From NCBI GenBank assembly GCA_000091205.1, contig AP006484.2: DNA of 64,000 nt; one strand, given 5' to 3'. Positions 9,675 through 20,140 of the stretch are shown here, piece after piece. The notes beneath the pieces were generated by a model. That model did not search any database and was not told the DNA's origin. It was given only the letters and a program-made list of their open reading frames with translations. The position numbers and the translations under genes are program-made. The DNA is from Cyanidioschyzon merolae (Eukaryota). Numbering within the stretch: the stretch's first letter is position 1; every line of letters begins with the position of its first letter.

Positions 9675-12446
9675 TCACGACATCGACGACGAAGCGTTCG
9701 GTCTGCCCGGTGCATTCAAGGGATCCCCGCTCGCGCCGCCTGCGCCTTGCGAGTTCTTCTGTACGCGTGAGGTGTGACGCCACAAATTCGGAGGCCGCTG
9801 CCGCTTATATTTGACCCAGAAGAGGCCACAGGCGTTGCAGAGCCGCTGCTCCTTGTTCTCTCCCTGACGCCACCCCGGTGTCTCTGTCGTACCGCAGTTG
9901 GCACAGCTCAGGGGCATCTCGGGTGTCGCGCTTTTAGCCCAGGTTGCACTGGATGACGGGCGCATGCCCTTCAGCGCAGAGCTCACCGCAACTTTCAAGT
10001 TGCCTGCACTCGCGGACGTTCTTGGTATCGCTGTTCGTCCTGTGGATGCCGGGGCAGCAACCCGGCCTAAACCGTCAAGCGGGCGTTGCATCGCGGCCGT
10101 CAACGGGTGCAGTGGTCTGCTGTGTACCAGAGCTTGGGCAGACGACGTCGATGTGGTCGTTATCGCCCCCGCTGGCGCTACTTTGCCAGGCATTGCCCGG
10201 GCGAGGGTCTCCTCGTAGGACCCGTCCATAGCCGCAGCAACAAGCCGTCTGGGTAACGCTGCGGCACCGGCCGTGGACGCCTGTTCCGTCACCTGAATCA
10301 TCGACTCTAAATAGGGGATACGCTTCCCGCGCGTATTCGTGCGTTCCCATAGATAGTCTCGAAGTGCGCGCAGCTCTGCAGCAGCCACTCCGTAGGGCAA
10401 GTCTTCGCGCAACGAGTCCAAAGGCACCGCTTCGACCTGTTCAGCAAGCTCCGGATCCAAGACAGTATCCAGTAACCAGTCTAGGTCGAGACCGTCGTGT
10501 TGCAGTTGCTGTACTTTGGCACGGAACGCTCCATAACATCGCTCAAATTGTGCTAAGCGAGCTTCCTGCTCATCTTCAAGCTTTCTCTCCCAGGCAAGCA
10601 CATCATTTTTCCACTGTTGAAGTAGTCGCTCGTGCTCCTTCTCCGGTGATAGCAGCTCATCCACGATTCGATGCGCCATGAGGCCAGCATCCGTCACATA
10701 GCGACGCAACGAGTTTGCGTAAGCATCCAAGGCTAAAAAGGTGCGTCCCTGCAGAGGTCGACAGGGATTCGCCCTGTACAGACTCGCTGCTCCGACCGAA
10801 TCTCCGTGCAGATGCTCCTCATGAGGGCATTGTGAACGCGACGATTCCTTGGTTGCCTGATCTGTTGGGCGCACCGTGAACGGCGCTGTCGTTATCGACG
10901 TAAGCGGACGCTCTCGAAGCGACCATCCGGGCCGTTTCCGCGAGATCTGACTCAGCAGGTGCCGAAACGAAACAGCCGAACGAGGCGCTGGTCCAGCCAC
11001 CAGACCAGTATTCGTATCCTTCAACGCAGCAGAGCGCGAATAGCGTTGCCGCAGCCACTCTTTGGCCATCACCTCTTGGAGATGCAGATACGAGGAGGAG
11101 ATCCGACTGAGGAGAGACGGCCACCATCGATGCTGCTGTTGCACGAGTTCGAGCCAGAGCGGCTGGCGAGCGCCACCGCTCCCTGAACTAGATTCATTTT
11201 TGGCATAACGAGGCCCGCCGGCACCCGCTTCCGTCCCTTGAACATCATTCACCGCAGACGCTTCGCTCCGCGTCAGGTTGGTTTGGTTCCCGCCATCGCT
11301 TTGAGAGGCAATGTTTCGCGAGGCTACGGTAACTGATCCCTGCTCGAGAAGTGAGATGCGAATCGCTAGCATCGACGGCTGACCAGTCGTAGAATGCTCA
11401 CGGTCCGCAGGCACGAGTGCGGTTGAGGCGGCAGTTCGACGAGGCTGCTCCGCTGACGACTCCCCCGGACTCGAGTCCTCGCTAGGAAGACAGCTCGCTC
11501 GAAAGCGCACCGTCGATGGCCACGTGCTCGTATCGGAACGTTCAGGGACTACCGAAGCACGTTGGGTATACGAGCTGACTGCAGCGTCGCCAGTTAACTG
11601 CCGCTCATTGCTCCCGACTGGAGCCTGTTGTGACTCATTCAAGGATGAAGCATCACTTTTGGCATGTGCTCGAGGGCGACTCTGCCGTGGATGCGAACGC
11701 AGAAAGCGCTCGACGGCTTCTCGCAAGGTCGGCTCGTTCCGCAGGCGAAGAAGCCGTTCTCGGGCATTTTTCCAGGCTTTCCGTGCTTCCTGTTTACAAG
11801 CCTTGCCAGCTTGATAAAAAATGGAGTCTGGTGGGTTAAACTGGAAACAGTTACGCCAGACCAAGTCGCAGTCATGCAGCACTTGGCTGAAGCTCGTATA
11901 CGCCGCGCTCTCGATCCGCTGTCTAATCGTTCCCAGGTCCATGGGCTCTTTGATGATATCTAGATAGGCGGGAACGGCTACCGGGTCGACGGGCTCCGCA
12001 AATATTCGATGTATGTCACGCCTTTGGATGCCATCGATCGCTTTCAACAGAATGGCTTTAATGGAAGGCCAAGCGTTTCCGAGTTCTCGCTCGGAAATCG
12101 TCACGACAGCACTGCGGGGACGTTTCCGCTGTCGAGTTCGCTCGACGGTGCCGCTGTTGATCCTCTTGGACCTGGACTCGCCAGGCGGTTCGTAGGATGT
12201 GTTTGTCTCTGTCAAGTTCGATGCAGATAATCCTCCAAATGAAACATTCGGTGTCGCTTGAGGCCCGTGTGCCATCGATGCATCTTGGTTGCCAGCTACC
12301 GACAGTGTACGGTTTTCGCTCCCCAGCTCGGTAGCACTGGGCACAATTGTTTGTGTGGCACCAGTTGCAGCTGTACTTGTCGTTGCGTCGACTTTGGTAG
12401 TCGAGTGCGTTGCGCTTCCAGAGATCTCCATCAAAACCCACGACAC
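9675..12446 (-). CDS. Bromodomain plus GATA-type zinc-finger protein (923 aa). Paralogue of the 4398-6632 bromodomain gene.
   Basis: Bromodomain: IFAEPVDPVAVPAYLDIIKEPMDLGTIRQRIESAAYTSFSQVLHDCDLVWRNCFQFNPPDSIFYQAGKACK. C-terminal GATA finger: CANCGTTETPGWRQGENKEQRLCNACGLFWVKYKRQRP. Confidence 0.8.
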   Translation of the reverse strand: MSWVLMEISGSATHSTTKVDATTSTAATGATQTIVPSATELGSENRTLSVAGNQDASMAHGPQATPNVSFGGLSASNLTETNTSYEPPGESRSKRINSGTVERTRQRKRPRSAVVTISERELGNAWPSIKAILLKAIDGIQRRDIHRIFAEPVDPVAVPAYLDIIKEPMDLGTIRQRIESAAYTSFSQVLHDCDLVWRNCFQFNPPDSIFYQAGKACKQEARKAWKNARERLLRLRNEPTLREAVERFLRSHPRQSRPRAHAKSDASSLNESQQAPVGSNERQLTGDAAVSSYTQRASVVPERSDTSTWPSTVRFRASCLPSEDSSPGESSAEQPRRTAASTALVPADREHSTTGQPSMLAIRISLLEQGSVTVASRNIASQSDGGNQTNLTRSEASAVNDVQGTEAGAGGPRYAKNESSSGSGGARQPLWLELVQQQHRWWPSLLSRISSSYLHLQEVMAKEWLRQRYSRSAALKDTNTGLVAGPAPRSAVSFRHLLSQISRKRPGWSLRERPLTSITTAPFTVRPTDQATKESSRSQCPHEEHLHGDSVGAASLYRANPCRPLQGRTFLALDAYANSLRRYVTDAGLMAHRIVDELLSPEKEHERLLQQWKNDVLAWERKLEDEQEARLAQFERCYGAFRAKVQQLQHDGLDLDWLLDTVLDPELAEQVEAVPLDSLREDLPYGVAAAELRALRDYLWERTNTRGKRIPYLESMIQVTEQASTAGAAALPRRLVAAAMDGSYEETLARAMPGKVAPAGAITTTSTSSAQALVHSRPLHPLTAAMQRPLDGLGRVAAPASTGRTAIPRTSASAGNLKVAVSSALKGMRPSSSATWAKSATPEMPLSCANCGTTETPGWRQGENKEQRLCNACGLFWVKYKRQRPPNLWRHTSRVQKNSQGAGGASGDPLNAPGRPNASSSMS

Positions 12447-12937
12447 TCAGGATAGTACAGTCTTGTGTGGCTTGCTTCGAGCGCTCTCGCGCCCACTGTT
12501 CAGCGTTCGGGCTGGAGAGGCGGCGCGGCTCAGGTGTGATGCCCCGAGGTCGCCACGCTGCCTCTCCCTGCAGGAGAGTAACTCCGTTCGAAGGGTTTCG
12601 AGCCTTCAATTGCCCTGCAAATCAAAAGCAAAGTCCTGCCCCGCGCCAGAGACGCTGCAGTGAAACGTCTGCGCCGCGTCCTGGAAGCTCACCGGCGGGA
12701 GACACCGAGCGCACGCGCGTTGGCGCCTAGTCCAACGATGAACCCTAATCTTGTTCGACGCTGGCGAAGAACTCTCCAACACTTTAGCGCTCCAGCAAGC
12801 GAACTTGCCGCCGTTTGCCTCTGAAAGAAACGTCCTAGTAGTGAGCTCGTGGAGCACGATTGCTATGAAAGTCGACGTTGGCCAGCACGACTGATACGGA
12901 TCCAGCCTCGCGTTCGGGTCAGCCAAGTAACCCGGAT

Positions 12938-13101
12938 GCGATAAACTGTATACATAGGGATGAAATGGGACAGAATTCTCCTCTTCGTCACCTGAACGCC
13001 AACTTGATTGCTAAACGATGCGATAAACTGTATACATAGGGATGAAATGGGACAGAACTCTCCTCTTCTTCACCTGAACGCCAACTTGATTGCTAAACGA
13101 T
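12938..13101. repeat. 82-bp direct tandem duplication (2 copies, 2 mismatches) in the divergent promoter between the GATA-bromodomain gene and the WD40 gene
   Basis: gcgataaactgtatacatagggatgaaatgggacagaattctcctcttcgtcacctgaacgccaacttgattgctaaacgat is repeated immediately. Confidence 0.95.
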
Positions 13102-13792
13102 ATTGGCCAATCTTGTTACCCGAAAACCTTTTCTTATTTCGTTAGCGTGCCATCCGAGTTGTCTTTGGCGTGCGTAACAACCGGTGGACACAATTTGCTG
13201 TGGTGCGCTAATAACTGCTCGGAAACCTGGTCCAGTGCACTTGTTTTGTGCGGAACGCGTCGGGGTACAGCGCTACCTAACGGACCCGTGTTCGCTGGTG
13301 GGCGTGTGTGTGTGAAGCGGCCAGGTTTCCAGAAACGAGCGTTCGGAACTCTTCACGATATCGAGGCGTTTTTTCGAGGCATTCGAGTGGTGGCGCAACC
13401 TCGTTCAATACCGAGAAAGGAAGCACGCTGTGTGTCCTGCGAACGCGCTTCCAGCAACTTGCGTCGTTCGAGTGCTCCGTCCGCTCTGCATCTAAACGAC
13501 TGCACACGCTTTAGCTCCCGCTTGAGGAGGTATTTGGACACTTCGCACTAGTCAGCAATTGCGCTGCTGGCACGCAACCGAGCCGAAGTAGCCGACTACT
13601 GCAACTCGCGGAAGAACCGGGTCAAGTGTGCAGGGCTCGCTCGCGAGTCTCCGAGACGCGTCTGAGCTCACAAAGGTGAGCGCCTCAAGGCACTGCCTTG
13701 AAAACCGGTGCCCATCTTTGCCATGGCGGGGTGCTGTCATTGCACCCGCCCAGCAACCTCGTCGCTGAAGCACGACACAGGCAGCACACAGC

Positions 13793-15979
13793 TTGCCAGT
13801 GCTTGACGCTCTGCACGAACCTGTGAACCTGAGATCTGGACCTTGGGTATCCCCCGAAGCAATGAACGACTCGATTTGTGCTCAGTTGGCTGCCCAAGAG
13901 TGCGGCGCAGCGGGTAGCTCCGCCCGCTTGCAAAGCATTTTTAAGACCTTTGCCCAGAAACAGATGAAAGCGGATCGATTCCGACGCCTCAAGATGCCAC
14001 TACAGGCTCCTCTAGGCTCGGCACTGGCTCTGGATCATGTGGAGTCGCGGTGGCTGCTGAGTGCTTTCAGTGACGGCCGCAGCGGACGTCTCGTGCTCTT
14101 CGACGTCCAGCCAGATGCGGGATGGACGATTGAACGACACTCCACTCGCTCAAACGTTTACCCTCGGTCGGATACATCCGTACAGTGTACCGCCCTGTCA
14201 TCAGAGCAAAACGTGGAGCGCTTACCTATCATGGAAACTACGGTTGCAGGCGAACAACTCAGACAGCGTCATGCCGTCGCGTCGGTGCAGGTCCGGGAGC
14301 CATCTTTCTCGGACGGTGGCGGACGCGTGGCGCAGGCAGCATATCGCCATCTGTGGACAGGACTGGCCTGGTACCCGCTCGATAACGGACTTTTCGTGAG
14401 TGCCGATGCACAAGGCCTTGTTTACGTTTTCGACGCGGCGACGTTTCGTTCAGTCTCGAGATTCGCGTTCGGCCCACCGGTTCGCTCCATAGACTGGAAT
14501 CGAGGCCTGCGACAGGTACCCGCTCAAGCGTCACAAACTGGGAGCGCGCTTCCTGGATCGAACTTCCGCGGCAGTGCCGCGAGTCCGTACTTGCTTGCGG
14601 TTGCGTCTGCGGAACCCGAACATCAGTTGCGACTGCTTGACTTGGTGAGCGGAGCTACAACGCATTCATTACTGGGTCACTCGGCTGCGATCACATCGGT
14701 GCGTTGGTTTCCATTTCACGAGTACTGGCTGGTAAGCGGCTCCCTGGACAGTAGTATTCGTCTCTGGGATATTCGCAAAGGTGGACGAGCCGCATGTTTT
14801 GCGATCCTCGATGCTGACAAGCAGGTTCCTGTGACATCCACTGAGGTTGGTGGCAGGCGCCAGTACGCCGCCTCGAATGAGGCAGCGTCGGAGAGTGCGT
14901 ACCTGCTTCCACGGCACGACGCAAGAGGCCATTTCTTGCGCCAGTCACGCCCTGTGGACGCTGATCATTGCCTGGGGTATCGATGCTGGTCTGATTCGTG
15001 CTTCGCTGGCATTCCAGAGGGTATTCCCGCAGCGCCCGAGCACGACGCTGTGATCTATGACGAAGCACAGTTTCTGTCGCTACCTCAGACGCCGCGGCAA
15101 CGAGACCCCAGCGGCAAGAGGGCGCACCACTGGCACAAGCAAACGAGCAGGACACGCGTCTCAAGGCGTCCTCTGGCATGGGCCAAGCGCGCCCAGTTGA
15201 CCGGCCCCGAATCGAGTCATCGTGCCGAGGACTGGATCTATCTGGAACCGGCTGCACCGGCTCCGCAGCAGTCTGATCAGTTGCCAACGCTTCGGTCTTG
15301 CCGAGCGCATCCCGCGTCCGAGAGAGGCATCTTGAGTGTGCGCTTCTCCGCCGATGGTCGATACCTCGTGTCCCGCTGCGAGCGCATGCTTCTGGTCTGG
15401 GACGCGCTCACTGGTCATCGTTATCGCCGTGCGGCGCTTGAGCTCTCCGAGCACTTTGGTGTGGAGGCTCGTGCCGGGGAGCTTCATGCTCCCTGGCGCA
15501 GTGCGCGGAGTAACAGGCGACGACCTGGCGAAACACTTGGACGCCGCATGGCGATCTACTGTTGGGACTTGCCGGACTTGCCTTTTTATCTGGGTGACCA
15601 GCGCATCGCAACTGGCGCTGGGACGGATGCTTCCGGATGCTGTTGGCTCGCTCGTGATGCCACGGTGTATGCGGTGCGGTGCTCGCCGGCACTGGCAACC
15701 AGCGACGGTCGCCAACCGCTGGTGAGGTTCGCTGGCCCTATCCGCAGCTCGGTGTATGCACTGGAAACCCATCCGTCGCGCATCGAAGTCTACACAACCG
15801 GTGCTGGTGGTCTCGTTCAGGTATGGAGCGGCCTCACATTGCCAGCCAGGTGTGTGTCTCGTTCATTGGCGGAATGCCCGCTGTCGTTGTCGCAGGATCT
15901 GCCGAGTGCTGCCGCCTCCGAGCGTCTGCAACCGGATGTAGATACGTGGCTCACCGAAATGGAGTTTCCCGCTGACTGA
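13793..15979 (+). CDS. WD40-repeat protein, CSA/ERCC8-like (728 aa) with a long low-complexity C-terminal extension
   Basis: The N-terminal layout resembles CSA: LALDHVESRWLLSAFSDGRSGRLVLFDV ... WTGLAWYPLDNGLFVSADAQGLVYVFD ... LLGHSAAITSVRWFPFHEYWLVSGSLDSSIRLWDIRKGGRAACFAILD. The WD40 GH/WD dipeptides are present. Confidence 0.5.
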   Translation: MPVLDALHEPVNLRSGPWVSPEAMNDSICAQLAAQECGAAGSSARLQSIFKTFAQKQMKADRFRRLKMPLQAPLGSALALDHVESRWLLSAFSDGRSGRLVLFDVQPDAGWTIERHSTRSNVYPRSDTSVQCTALSSEQNVERLPIMETTVAGEQLRQRHAVASVQVREPSFSDGGGRVAQAAYRHLWTGLAWYPLDNGLFVSADAQGLVYVFDAATFRSVSRFAFGPPVRSIDWNRGLRQVPAQASQTGSALPGSNFRGSAASPYLLAVASAEPEHQLRLLDLVSGATTHSLLGHSAAITSVRWFPFHEYWLVSGSLDSSIRLWDIRKGGRAACFAILDADKQVPVTSTEVGGRRQYAASNEAASESAYLLPRHDARGHFLRQSRPVDADHCLGYRCWSDSCFAGIPEGIPAAPEHDAVIYDEAQFLSLPQTPRQRDPSGKRAHHWHKQTSRTRVSRRPLAWAKRAQLTGPESSHRAEDWIYLEPAAPAPQQSDQLPTLRSCRAHPASERGILSVRFSADGRYLVSRCERMLLVWDALTGHRYRRAALELSEHFGVEARAGELHAPWRSARSNRRRPGETLGRRMAIYCWDLPDLPFYLGDQRIATGAGTDASGCCWLARDATVYAVRCSPALATSDGRQPLVRFAGPIRSSVYALETHPSRIEVYTTGAGGLVQVWSGLTLPARCVSRSLAECPLSLSQDLPSAAASERLQPDVDTWLTEMEFPAD

Positions 15980-16923
15980 CGAGAGCAGGAATCTGCCGTC
16001 TTTTCCCGATACAGTGTATGGAATACTGATCAGCATACCTGTGATGCATCAGATTTCGGTCTGAATCCCGTTGACGATAGCGGTGTAGAAACTCAATCAT
16101 GGTTACCGGTCGCCAGGGCCTGCTCTTGTGGTGTGATGAACCTGCGCTTGGCCGTTTCGGGAATTATCACCGATGCACCTGTGTGTGTTTGTGTGCAAAG
16201 TACGAAACGCGTACCTCCGAAGCTGTGTCCAGGCACTCGCCTTCGTTGAGCAGAACCTGGCAGCGGGTATGGTAGGCGTCTAGGAAACGCTGGTTGTCGT
16301 TCGGGAGCGGTCCATACCACTTGTCGCCACTCGGGAGATCATCCAGCTGGTAGACTCAGTTGTATTTCGGGCGCGCTTCCACCGACGGGTTTCTTTACTG
16401 AGATAGATTCCCGACGCGGGTATATACTTCCTGGATGCTCAAAGATGAATTTTATGTATAAACGCACAAGTGAATCCTCCTTATACGTTCTTGAAATGAA
16501 TCCTCTCGATACACTCATAGATCGCGGGGAGCGGCTTGGCGCAGGGCACCTGCTCGGGCGAGAAATCCTCTGCGATCCACGTGTTTGCATCGGCTGCTGC
16601 TCTTTCTCCGTTATATTAGGAAACACTTGTGCGTATTTGTTTCTCAAATGGATTTGTTGCTGGCGTTCTCACTGCCAATCACGTCCTCTGTACAGCGTGT
16701 CCCTGTATCGAGTCTCAGGGCTTGTTGTGCTGAGCGAACAGGGCCGCGTTTCCGGGGGCTTTACCAAACCACCCGACACGTGGCCGTGCCTCGTGGTGAA
16801 CGCCACGCCCCGGGTTTTTGCGGTGCACCAGCGCCATGTGCTTCTTGTGGGCTATCGAGTCTCAAGCTTTCGAGCGGTGCGCAGCGGTCAACGCGCGAAG
16901 ACGCTGTGCTTCTTCGAGTTGCG

Positions 16924-18438
16924 ATGATAGGCACAGGCTACGTGGGGTTGGTGTCAGGTGCGTGCTTCGCGGACGCCGCGCACTGCTGTGTCGTCTGCGT
17001 GGACTCGAACGCTCAGAAGATCGACGCGCTCAAGCGGGGTGAAATGCCGATTTTCGAGCCAGGCCTCGCCGACCTGGTTCGAAGGAACGTTCAAGAAGGA
17101 CGTCTGAGCTTCTCGACTGACCTCGCTGCAGCCGTTCGCGACGCGCAGATCGTGTTCATCGCTGTTGGAACGCCATCTCGTCGAGGTGACGGTCACGCCG
17201 ACCTCAGTTACGTATTCCGTGCTGCAGAGGCGATTGGGAAAAGCCTCCGATCGCCAGGTTTTACCTTGATTGTGAACAAGTCGACGGTGCCGGTGGGCAC
17301 TGCACGACGCGTACGCGAACTCGTTCAGCGAAACTGCGCCCCTGGCGCGAGCTTTGAGGTTGTCAGCAACCCAGAATTCCTACGTCAGGGTACAGCGGTT
17401 CAGGATTTCATGTACCCGGAACGTGTGGTCATTGGCATGTGGGAAAACCGGTTTCAACGGCAGCATGAATGCACTGCGTTTAGGTCAGCGCCGCTCCATC
17501 TTCATGAGCGTCGTTTCGTGGCGGATACAGAGCCCGGGTTCGATACACGCAAAAACGCGCAGACGCTCATGACACAGCTGTATACGCCCATTGCGCGAAT
17601 CAGTGGAGCACCCGTTCTTTTCACGAATGTGGAGGAAGCCGAATTGGTCAAGTACGCTGCAAACGCTTTCCTGGCTATGAAACTCGAGTTCGCGAATGAA
17701 ATTGCGGACTTGTGTGAGGTTGCCGGTGCCGACATCAGCGTGGTCACGCATGCCATTGGCCTCGATGCTCGCATCGGACCAGACTATCTGCAGGCTGGGC
17801 CGGGCTTCGGTGGCTCATGTTTGCCAAAGGACACACGAGCCTTAGCGCGGATCGCACAGGAGTTGTGGCGTCCGTGTCGCCTCGTGGAGACAGTCATCGA
17901 GGGCAACGAGGCGCGAAAACGGCGGATTGCCCAGAGAATTGCCCTCGCAGTCGTTGGTAACAGCGCTGACATGAATCACGTCTACGGGCGATGTATTGGG
18001 GTGCTCGGTCTGACATTCAAGGCACACACGGACGATACTCGTGACTCACCTGCAGTGTTTATTGTGCGAGAGCTAGTGGAACTTGGGGCCAAGGTGCGAG
18101 CATACGACCCCCAAGCGAATCATCGAGAAGTGCATCAAATACTGGGGGAAGATGTCGAACTCGTCTGCAGTGCACAGGAAGCAGCCCGAGGCGCCGATGT
18201 GCTCGCGGTCCTCACAGAGTGGCCCGAAATTCGTCAAGCTTGCGACGCGCTCGGGCCAGAAGGACTAGGGAGCCTGATGCGTCACCGTGTTATCTTCGAC
18301 GCACGAAACCTCTGGAGACCAGAGGACTGGCTCCATAGCGGCTTTACCTACCATTCCATTGGGCGTCCCACTATTTATGCCGACACCGCTGCCTCGTTCG
18401 CAGACGCCTCCGTACATACGACTCAACGGTTGCGCTGA
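16924..18438 (+). CDS. UDP-glucose 6-dehydrogenase, bacterial type (about 504 aa from ATG 16924; the listed ORF continues upstream in frame to 16585)
   Basis: MIGTGYVGLVSGACFADAAH...GEMPIFEPGL...VFIAVGTPSRRGDGHADLSYV...NKSTVPVGT...SNPEFLRQGTAVQDF...KYAANAFLAMKLEFANE...GPGFGGSCLPKDTRAL...GLTFKAHTDDTRDSPA. This is closest to proteobacterial UGDH. There is a roughly 60-aa insertion after the PERVVIG motif. Confidence 0.85.
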   Translation: MIGTGYVGLVSGACFADAAHCCVVCVDSNAQKIDALKRGEMPIFEPGLADLVRRNVQEGRLSFSTDLAAAVRDAQIVFIAVGTPSRRGDGHADLSYVFRAAEAIGKSLRSPGFTLIVNKSTVPVGTARRVRELVQRNCAPGASFEVVSNPEFLRQGTAVQDFMYPERVVIGMWENRFQRQHECTAFRSAPLHLHERRFVADTEPGFDTRKNAQTLMTQLYTPIARISGAPVLFTNVEEAELVKYAANAFLAMKLEFANEIADLCEVAGADISVVTHAIGLDARIGPDYLQAGPGFGGSCLPKDTRALARIAQELWRPCRLVETVIEGNEARKRRIAQRIALAVVGNSADMNHVYGRCIGVLGLTFKAHTDDTRDSPAVFIVRELVELGAKVRAYDPQANHREVHQILGEDVELVCSAQEAARGADVLAVLTEWPEIRQACDALGPEGLGSLMRHRVIFDARNLWRPEDWLHSGFTYHSIGRPTIYADTAASFADASVHTTQRLR

Positions 18439-18743
18439 GTCGCCTGTCGCGCTCGTTGCTTCTGCAACGCCGTCCGTCGCAGTCGCTTCTCCGTGTTGCT
18501 TTCGAAGAACTGTCGACGCTTCACTTCCTGCAGGATGCCGGCTTTCACCACCTCCTTCTTAAACCTTCTCAGCGCACTATCGACGGGTTCTCCCGGGTTC
18601 ACGAGCACCCGAACCCGCATCTCAATTGACGTGTCACTCGCCGGTCGCTGACATGTCGGAGCACAGGTGCCGACCCCACGCCCCGCGACAAACGAATGAT
18701 AGGGCACAGCAGCTATCTTGGAAGCAGTTAACGTAACGAACAT
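18423..18743 (-). CDS. Ribosomal protein bS21, organellar (probably mitochondrial), with an N-terminal presequence
   Basis: MRVRVLVNPGEPVDSALRRFKKEVVKAGILQEVKRRQFFESNTEKRLRRTALQKQRARQ matches the bacterial S21 family. It is preceded by about 40 aa of presequence. It overlaps the UGDH stop codon by 16 nt in convergent orientation. Confidence 0.6.
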   Translation of the reverse strand: MFVTLTASKIAAVPYHSFVAGRGVGTCAPTCQRPASDTSIEMRVRVLVNPGEPVDSALRRFKKEVVKAGILQEVKRRQFFESNTEKRLRRTALQKQRARQATQRNR

Positions 18744-18917
18744 GGGTTTAATCTTTGAAAACTCGTCGCTTGTAATGCGGTGCCAACGACGAACGCTTCA
18801 GAAGTCGAAAGCAGTCGCCGTCACGGGTACAGTAGTGGCGGCGAACGCGCCTTGGACAAATTGGCTCCAAATGACGTGCAGATGCTTCCTAGGCTTTCTC
18901 GCCCGGCCACCTCCAAC

Positions 18918-20140
18918 TTATTCCAACTGTTTCTCATATAGTTCCACTTTTAATGATTGTCTAACAAAGTTCTCTCTTGTCCATTCTGAAGGTCTTCTCT
19001 CCAGCACCGCGCTTGTCTTTACATTGATAAGGGCGTTCAAGTTTCGATTTGCAAACTCCATACGGTTGTAGCCGTTGGGAGTTGTCCTCATCAGTGCAAG
19101 CAAACCTCGAACTTTCGCACTCCTTTCCATTTGCTCTACCGTCAGCGGTCCGTACTTTGCTAGTTCCTCAGGGCTCCGTTGGCACTTTTCCATCTCCTCC
19201 CTCTGAGGTGTACACCCCAGTTCATGGTGTGTATACGATGTTCGGAACTCGTCTACAGGTATTGTGGCAAAACGCCTCGGGCACTGCTTGTACGTTCTCG
19301 TCGTTGGAGCTGGAGTAGTCCCTTTTTGTGTCTTCCATCGGCCTGCTCCGTACGCTACAACGAGCCTTTGACCCTCGTCCTCCTTCGGGGCGCTCAACTG
19401 ATTGAAAAAGTTGGCGAACGCCCGCTGCTTACCGCAATACAGATTTATTCGCAAACGAGCCCACCGGGGCTTGGTATACTCCTCCCACAGCGCATCCCAA
19501 TGGGCAACACGAACTTCCATGAATTTCCGAAAAGCTGTAAAGTCCGCCCCGCGGCTCGTCACCTCGCTCAAAGCTTCCAGGTGATCCTTCATTCCTGCAT
19601 TCCATGTCTCGATTTTTTCCTCGCATTCATTATAACGGATTCGCGGTAATGTCTCTATCTTTAGAACTGAAAAAGACGCATGTCGTTCTGACGTAAGTTG
19701 CCGTCAGTACCATCTTCCCCACATTTGGGTGCTGCAATGGCTATGATATTTGTGTTCCCGGGGTCTGCGTCAACGATAAACTCGTTATCCTCTACCTACT
19801 GCGTCGCAGGATCCTCCTCCTTCTCATCTTCATGCTTCGCCGAAGGCAAAGCCGCGGGCGGAACATGGCGATCCGCCTTCAACCGCCGATAGCGTACACA
19901 CGTTGCCACTCCATCGGTTTCGATCATCCCAGTGAATGCCTTTTGTTTGCTCGCTTTCAGAAGTTTGAAACTGAAGATGTTCTTCCAGTACGTCTCCCGG
20001 TTTTCGCCGGTGAACTCCTCCCTGTTCACATCGAACTCCGGACAGATAACCCTCATGATGCCATAAAGGACTCTGGAATCGATAGTCATAAAATGTGACT
20101 TGATATTGCACATTGGAAACATGTTGCAGCGCTTACCCAT
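18918..20140 (-). pseudogene. Degenerate TnpB/Fanzor-like (RuvC-like) transposon-derived ORF in an AT-richer island. It has an in-frame TAG and a frameshift, or alternatively one roughly 112-nt intron.
   Basis: RuvC-I-like [18 protein letters not shown] immediately after the TAG at 19796. Degenerate zinc-finger position IPVDEFRTSYTHHELGCT, with Cys replaced. RuvC-III-like NRNLNALINV, with D replaced by R. Candidate intron 19797..19686 with donor GTAGGT, branch TACTGAC and acceptor CAG restores the frame between the two ORF blocks. Confidence 0.3.

Noticed and set aside
16585-16923. In-frame 113-codon N-terminal extension of the UGDH ORF
   Set aside because: Homologues start at MIGTGYVG. The extension has no homologue support.
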